Assembly (NCBI RefSeq): GCF_001194135.2
Contig: NC_068997.1
Span: 4,338,461 to 4,382,679 of the forward strand
Origin: Octopus bimaculoides
Taxonomy: Eukaryota
Direction of reading: 5' to 3'
DNA: 44,219 bases
Each line of letters opens with the position of its first letter. The stretch's first letter is position 1. This document shows positions 36,541-44,219 of this stretch, piece after piece. The translations under genes and the position numbers were made by a program. Below the pieces are notes generated by a model, which saw only the letters and a program-made list of their open reading frames with translations, made no database searches and was not told the DNA's origin.

Positions 36541-36659
36541 TGTACTTTTATATACTTTTTAAACCCTTTTTTATTTATTATAACTACTTTACCTCTTTTG
36601 TTATCTCTTCCTGTTTTTTTTAATTTTTTTTTTTTGTTAACATTAAGGATGATGCAGTA

Positions 36660-36850
36660 TCTAAATTGATATGAAACAACATACAATTATTTTTAATGAC
36701 CATACAAAGCTAATTTTATCTAGTACCAGTCTATACATTTTATGCTTCATATTAAATAATTTTTGCATATATACTTGTAGTTGAAACATAGGTATAACTA
36801 TGATGTTCTGATCAAATGAACTACATTTCAGAATCTGCACTTATTTGTAA
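36660..36850 (-). pseudogene. JAK SH2-like domain relic
   Basis: ILKCSSFDQNIIVI...SFVWSLKIIVCCF in one open frame vs JAK2 VLRCSPKDFNKYFL...NFSSLKDLLNCY; lies between the FERM relic and the first kinase fold as expected. Confidence 0.55.
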
Positions 36851-36959
36851 ATATACAATTGTATATAAAGCGTAGTATACATAGTAGTGCAGACATGTAA
36901 ACATAATTTATTATGCACTGAAATTATTATTTCACGAAGATGGATGCTTAACGGCTGTA

Positions 36960-37113
36960 ATCCTAAGGATTGCAAATGGTTAAATAAATATTTTCAACTG
37001 TCATACCGCCTAACATTTTATGGTTTATGTTGTAGGGATAATAGTAATAATGGTACACTCCTCCCACGTGACGAGTGGTATTTGGTAGTCACTATAAATA
37101 GGTGACATCAGTC

Positions 37114-37169
<56 letters not shown>

Positions 37170-37733
37170 GAAGTAGACGTTCTTAGATGGTCGTGACTTT
37201 CCTGGTCTAACAACTATCTTGCTATACCAGAATGGGCGTTATAACAATGCGGCATTAAGGATTACAACAGTGGCGGCGATGATACAATAGTTTGTATACT
37301 CCTCATGAAATATTCTCATCGATCGAACTTCCTGGATTTCAGCTGTATGGAACTTTGCATCATACTCCTCCGTATAGGAATACTATGTCGTCTGCTAGCC
37401 GAATCCGCTAGAGGAGCTTTCTGTGATAGCCAAACGATTCTCTGAATCAATATATTACTACAAATAAGTATGTTATTTGTGTGTGTGGTGGGGGTGTTTA
37501 CTGTGAAAACGCTAGAGGCATTTAATAGTGATGATGTAAATTCCTCCGCCACTAAAGTCTGTAAATATGTTGCCACTCACAAACAGCAATCTCTCTCAAA
37601 GATATTTACCAATTATTGATGATTCCATATCGCAACAGCGGTAATAGAAGCAATTTCTTTATTGATTCTACTTAAAGACGAACATTTTATCCGATAGTTC
37701 GTAATAGTGCATAATAGAGAGAAAGGGCAGTGT

Positions 37734-37766
<33 letters not shown>

Positions 37767-38100
37767 AAGAGGAAAATAACAGAAAGAATTACAGCATTAG
37801 AAATGTAGAGATAGAGAGAAAAGGAACAGTGGTGTTTCAATTAGCGAGAAAGCGAAACAATGCCAGAGAAATAAGGAATGGTAAATGAGGGGCGAGAGAG
37901 GAAACAGATAAATACTTCTGAGGATATTGTTCTTCATTGTCGGCTTTTAGTGACAATAATTTCCTAATCTTTCGTTTCGGGCAATTACGAGAGATTAGCT
38001 GTAAAATCTTGAATAAATTGGATTGAGAGAAGAAATACAGATAACAAATTGATATAGTAACTATTAAGTGTCTTAAGGGATAATTAAATTTGGGGAATAC
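36960..38100 (-). pseudogene. JAK-type FERM domain relic
   Basis: YLYFFSQSNLFKILQLISRNC..LLSLKADNEEQYP..LALFRFL (ORF 37837-38160) vs JAK2 [59 protein letters not shown] (~37590-37540) vs EECLGMAVLDMMRIAKE in exact register. YSYTEEY vs AFYTEKF; EEYTNYC vs QDLQLYC; DS*KYLFNHL (~37000) vs DAHHYLCKEV. Confidence 0.7.
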
Positions 38101-38219
38101 AAACACACACACACACACACACGCACACACACATACATACACGCGCACATATATATACATATATATGTGTGTATGGGCATATATTTATATATATATATAT
38201 CTATATTTCTGTTTATAGG

Positions 38220-38318
<99 letters not shown>

Positions 38319-38811
38319 ATACATATATATACATATATTGATATGTTGAATTTATTCATACAGTTTATACTGTATTAACCTTGTCCCATTCACTACATCT
38401 CCCTCTTATGTGTGTGTGTATATATACATATCTGCGTGTGTGTGTGTGTGTGTGCGTGTTTATATGTATGATCTGTGTATGTGTGCATGCATGCATGCTG
38501 TATGGATTTGTGCATGAATGTATGTATATACATATGTATGGTTTATAACCACAAAATTATTAATTTCCTATCCAACCCCACCAATAATATGTGTCGCTTT
38601 TGTTCCTTTGTGTCCTGATACGCGATTCTGTGAATGTTTGTCTTTGCTTTTATACCTAGCTAATTTAATTGCATGCCTAGACTAAATCAATTGGTAGATG
38701 GTTCACCTACATTCAACAGCATAATACCGACTTATGCTATACAAGTTACATGCAAGAAATTTGATCTACCATTTTCTATTCTGTGTGTGTGTGTGTGTGT
38801 GTGTGAGTGTG

Positions 38812-38933
<122 letters not shown>

Positions 38934-39164
38934 ATGATAGGTTTTATACGTGTGTGATCTGTCCAAAGGATTTCTCATAAACTTTATATTGCTGTTTTGT
39001 AATGTTGAGAATAACAGCTAAGAGGCTAAGATTTCTCACTATAGTGATTTTTGACCCTAATTAGGATGGAGATTTGGATTGTGTTCCGTCTGAGTTTATC
39101 CAGTTGGTGTCCGGTTTCATTACTGAGAACGACTAATCCGTTTTTATGATATAGATTTCAAATT

Positions 39165-39355
39165 TTGGCACAAGGCAGGCAATTTCGGGGTAAGAGGCTA
39201 GTCAATTACATCGATCCCAGTGTTCAACTGGTACTTATGTTATCGACCACGAAAGCATGAAAGGCAAAGTCGACCCAGGGGAAATGCGAACTTACAACGT
39301 AAAGACGGACGAGATGTCACTAAACATTTTGCTCGGCGTGCTAATGATTCTTCCT
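39165..39355 (-). mobile_element. SINE family B copy
   Basis: Reverse complement matches 24882-25082. Confidence 0.75.
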
Positions 39356-40235
39356 TAATCTGTCAGTTTCATGATATAGGCTGAAATGTACGGAAACTTA
39401 TCTGTTTCTAAGTAAATCTGAGGTGTATTTCCAAAGAGTTTGTAAAATTCTACGCTATCAAACGAACTCATGCCTACATCGAAAATGCATAAGACCGCTT
39501 GATCTGATAGCATTTTATCAAAATTAGAAATAGTTATTAATTTTGTCTCCCTGTTGTGTATGTTATTGTGTAATTTAACGGAATTTTAGGCTTTGCATAG
39601 TTAAATTTTGAAGGAATATAAAATTGGTAATGTATCGTCGATGCCGCTAAACCAGTAAATTACGGCATAGTATTGATAAATATTTGTATTTGTACTATTA
39701 CGGTTAAAATGTAGACATATTTTCCAAGATATTGGTTGTAGCCACCCCGAAGAAACTTTACGCAGTTAAACACATTTCAGTACCTGCAAAATGGTAGATA
39801 ATTAATATAAGTAATCCAGCATTTACCCTTACATTTAAACACTTGATTTCACACCTCCAGGTTCTCATTCACACTCATTATCGTCTATATATCATGTCCT
39901 TTTTAATTGTTGGAGTTAGGACTATGCACTGGACTTTCGTAGAGCCTTGTACATCGGTGAGACTAATCCCGTTATATGTAGCACGTAAACCTATCATCAA
40001 ATTCCATCTGTGACTATCTTTAATCTTTTACGTCTGTCAGTCATTGAACTGCGACCTTGCTGAATACAGTCTTGAAGGTTTTTAGTCCAAGGGATCGACC
40101 ACACTACTTACTCTTAAAGTCTGGTTAATCTCTTTTGGCAAATCGTTAAGTTAGGAAAAGTAAACAAACCAACACCGATTATCAGACACAAACGCACACA
40201 CAATTCACATACACGTACGCACGCACGCGCGCACG

Positions 40236-40327
<92 letters not shown>

Positions 40328-40354
40328 AACAAACATACATATATACATGAAATA

Positions 40355-40490
40355 TGACGGATTTCCACGCAGTTTCGGTATATAAAATTCACTCGCAAGG
40401 TACTAATCGACTGAGGGCTATTGTAGATGTCACTTACCCAAAGTGCAACGCAGTGGGATTGACTCCGAAACCATATGGCGAATTTTGTCG
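40355..40490 (-). mobile_element. Degenerate SINE family A head/body (tail-like piece at ~40025-40115)
   Basis: aaattcactcgcaagg..gagggctattgtaga..cccaaagtgcaacgcagtgggattgactccgaaaccatatgg matches the reverse complement of family A. Confidence 0.6.
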
Positions 40491-40947
40491 CCACACAGTC
40501 ATGCATATTTTATTTTATTGGTTTACCGATACAATTAGCCTTGAACCTTACTTCACATCGTATTTTCTCCATAAAGTTACAGGCTGTAATTTGAGGGAGA
40601 TACACTTGTTATTTCTAGCATGTCGGACGACAGCATAAAGCTATGACTGTGCATGCTTGTGATATTGTCGTCAGACATGGATAAACTTAACGAACGTATT
40701 TCAAGATAACAATTCGTACTCGATGTAGTTTATGGCATTAAAAACAAAACTGATATCTTCCACAGCACATATTTCTAAGCATTACATACTAACACTTTGA
40801 TATAGCATTTTCAGATTGCGAAAACTTACGTGTGTGTGTGTATTCATAAACATACACACATAGATACAGATGTATATCATATATATATCTATGTGTGTTT
40901 GTACATATATATATATATATATATATATACAGATATGTATATATATG

Positions 40948-40978
<31 letters not shown>

Positions 40979-41050
40979 GAATTTCTTCATAATAGATTAT
41001 ATATGTATGTATAATTGTACATATTTTAAAATTTGTATTTATGTGAATGT

Positions 41051-41115
<65 letters not shown>

Positions 41116-41610
41116 CACACGTTTGTAAACATATTTATATTCACATTTGAATATACAAATGCATATAATAAATACATAAGCTGTATGCATAAGTGTATAA
41201 TTAAGCATATATACACATATGTAGTAATACATGTATGTATGCGTGTGCATGTATGATTCAATTTATGTATGTATACGGAGAAAATGTTAAAGACCGGTGA
41301 TAAGATAAGATTATAATTGATAGAAGCATTCTAAGAAAACCATTTTTCTTATAAAAGTACTTATGTATTACTTCCAAGGAGCCAGTAATATTAATAAATT
41401 TTCAGTTAAATATAAGTAGGTCTTCGGCATACTGAAATAATGGACGCTCTTCAAAATATTGCAAAGCAGTTGAATAATATCAATTACGAAGAATTTACCG
41501 TTTTTATGCAAGAAATTCTATCATCTTCTTATGCACAATGGAGAAGGACTCTCTCATCTGATCGACTCAGCCTAAATATTCATAATATTTATCATTTCAT
41601 TTAATATTCT

Positions 41611-41781
<171 letters not shown>

Positions 41782-42039
41782 NNNNNNNNNNNNNNNNNNN
41801 NNNNNNNNNNNNNNNNNNNNNNNNNNNNNNNNNNNNNNNNNNNNNNNNNNNNNNNNNNNNNNNNNNNNNNNNNNNNNNNNNNNNNNNNNNNNNNNNNNNN
41901 NNNNNNNNNNNNNNNNNNNNNNNNNNNNNNNNNNNNNNNNNNNNNNNNNNNNNNNNNNNNNNNNNNNNNNNNNNNNNNNNNNNNNNNNNNNNNNNNNNNN
42001 NNNNNNNNNNNNNNNNNNNNNNNNNNNNNNNNNNNNNNN

Positions 42040-42104
<65 letters not shown>

Positions 42105-43722
42105 TTATAGGTATATAGATATATACATACGTATATAAAATGCTTCCAATATTACATGTATATGAACAAATGTAGTGTTTAGGTGATAGTATGAGGAGAT
42201 ATATATATGAAGTATAAGAGGTGGGGATATTAGGCATATGGCACCTGAGAAAATTATTTAAAAGACTGAATAGAATTACCTAGCAAAATAATTTTGTTTT
42301 TCTCGTTGGTTGTAATAGTGGAAGAGAGCATGATTTCATGTGAATATACTTTTGAAACTGTACATAAGAAATAGGATAAATTCTTAAATAGACGCTATCT
42401 TTATGGTTACTGTAATTGTTTTTCGAGATGAAATAAATTTCCTATTAAAATAATTATAAATATTATAAATATTCAGAATACGTGCAGGATAATCAGCCAA
42501 GATTTTTGTAGTGTTGTAGGTGAGTTCTTTCTCATTCGATACTTTTTACTCAAAATAACTCGGTGAATAATATAGATGTGCTGTATCTTCAAGACAGAGT
42601 CACTCTCGCTAAATCTGATATGCTAAATTACCCCAAATGAATAGTTTTTTAAAAAATTAGCGTTCGAAACTTTCTGTGCAAAGAAGTGGAAAATATTTCA
42701 GAATGCTAGTTCAGAACATGGGAAATCTTTAAAATCTCATTTGATATAACTCCTTGTTGCACGGCTTAGACAGCTTGTTAGTATAATTGTAATGTTTAAG
42801 TGTATCAATTAATTTCCGCTTCGAAATGAAGCAGATATATATTATGGAAGATGTTATAAACGCGTGTATTTAGAAGTGTGTGATGCGCAGTTTGTGATTT
42901 GAACCATTTTTAATGTCCAAGTAGAGATCAGTAGCAGCAGTTTATGTTTATTTATGTAATGGACCCCGAATGGATGAAGGGATAACACAACATCCAGTAG
43001 ATCTCCAATTCAGAACGTGGAAAGAAGGAATCCTTTTGTCCACTGTCGAACCATTTTCAGCGACATTTATCGTTACCTTCCTTACTCACCATCTCATGCA
43101 AGTAGGGAGCGTTCAGAGCCTTTTCATTGGACCTCCAATACTAGTAGGAGAACTTGGGTATAGAAACTACGATCACGTTGTAGGACTCATCTTATGAAGC
43201 TACTGAGTTTACTCCAGTTCGAAGACGTGCTGTTAATACAAAGTGGAGCCAGGTGGTTGATGATAAGATATGTGAAGTTCAAATCACATACAAATACATT
43301 AGTAGAGTAATTAAAACAACATGCCTTCCTCACTCAAATATGAAAGCCATATAGAAGCCTTCAATTGAGAATATGAATTTACGTTCATCTGCTATTCAGC
43401 CTTCGTCACACTGATTTTACGGAGGCTAATAAATAAAACATAGATTTAAACTTGCATGTATAATGGATAATTTATGCATTATCGATTTTCCTAAACACTG
43501 GTTACAATGTCACATGCAGAGGGCTGGAAATTTTTTAAAAGATATATTGAAGATGTATAAATCACTTTGAATCCGAGGGCCTAGGCTATTATTATTGTCG
43601 AATTCTATCTTCACATATCCCCATTTTAAAATTGCTTCACTGCATTTCAAAAACTGATACAAGGAAACCTCCAAATAGTATATATACATACACACACACA
43701 CATATATATATATGTATGTATG

Positions 43723-43758
<36 letters not shown>

Positions 43759-43913
43759 TGTATGTATGTATTTGGGCATAAATATATGTAATATATATAT
43801 ATATATATATAAGATCAACAGAAAAAGTACTAAATCCGGTGAGAGATAAATATCATTTAATGTACACAGTATAAAACATACGAACTATTAATAATTTCTC
43901 ACTGCGAAAATAT

Positions 43914-44109
43914 GTGTCTAGGCAGGTCTTTATGTCTCTCAAAGCATTCTTTGGGCTCTGAGCACATGATCTGTTCTATTTGGAAATCAGAATACTGGTA
44001 CATTGAAAATCACGAGAAAAATCTATTTTTTTCTCGTGATTTTTCATGTGCTCAGAGCCTTTAGATTGCTTGGAGATTCAAGGCATGTTTTAATAACCTG
44101 CCTAGACAC
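43914..44109. mobile_element. ~195-bp nested foldback (MITE-like)
   Basis: Three perfect nested arm pairs: gtgtctaggcaggt/acctgcctagacac (14 bp), ggctctgagcacatga/tcatgtgctcagagcc (16 bp) and aaaatcacgagaaaaa/tttttctcgtgatttt (16 bp). No TSD evident. Confidence 0.75.
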
Positions 44110-44219
44110 GTTTCCACAGCAGGAAACTAAAAGCTAGCATCTTTACACTGTGTGCATTAATTGATGTATCAATCAATATGTATGTACGTGTGTATGTATC
44201 TGTATGTATGCATGTATAT

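Larger units (their letters stand above)
33950..38100 (-). pseudogene. JAK: Decayed, intronless Janus kinase (JAK)-like pseudogene: FERM - SH2-like - pseudokinase 1 - pseudokinase 2 - tyrosine kinase
   Basis: Manual three-frame translation of the minus strand gives motifs collinear with JAK1/JAK2 (recalled sequences) in the expected order and spacing, broken by many stops and frameshifts and by two (AG)n insertions (37117-37166, 37735-37764). Domain-level evidence is listed in the following features. Spacing leaves no room for sizeable introns. Confidence 0.8.

Noticed and set aside
43090-43229. Exon-like segment with good acceptor and GTGAGT donor on the minus strand
   Set aside because: Stops in all three frames; no recognisable product. 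The + strand ORF 42970-43197 is also unrecognised.

Overview
This is a eukaryotic, AT-rich, microsatellite-saturated draft scaffold with 13 N-gaps, most flanked by simple repeats. The tRNA-derived SINE families resemble those I recall from Octopus, so a cephalopod source is an inference. I see no intact protein-coding gene, and almost all ORF-track entries are translations of simple repeats. Transposon relics: Tc1/mariner (about 1.1-1.9 kb and 23.5 kb), Penelope-like RT and GIY-YIG fragments (5.9-6.5 kb, 8.1-8.5 kb), a near full-length decayed RTE LINE (11.6-15.1 kb) with an internal 13-bp minisatellite, two RLE-type LINE 3' ends (20.0-20.9 kb), an ORF1-only CCHC LINE derivative (31.8-33.1 kb), several SINEs and foldback elements. 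The main discovery is a heavily decayed, apparently intronless Janus-kinase-like pseudogene on the minus strand (about 38100 to 33950). Read across stops and frameshifts it gives FERM, SH2-like, pseudokinase, a second pseudokinase and a tyrosine kinase, i.e. three tandem kinase folds instead of the canonical two. Also notable are at least seven minimal type-I hammerhead-ribozyme-like motifs of four families, one inside a ~460-bp tandem/inverted array resembling a retrozyme or PLE repeat, and one isolated 42-nt candidate exon. All protein comparisons were made by eye against remembered family sequences; no searches were run.
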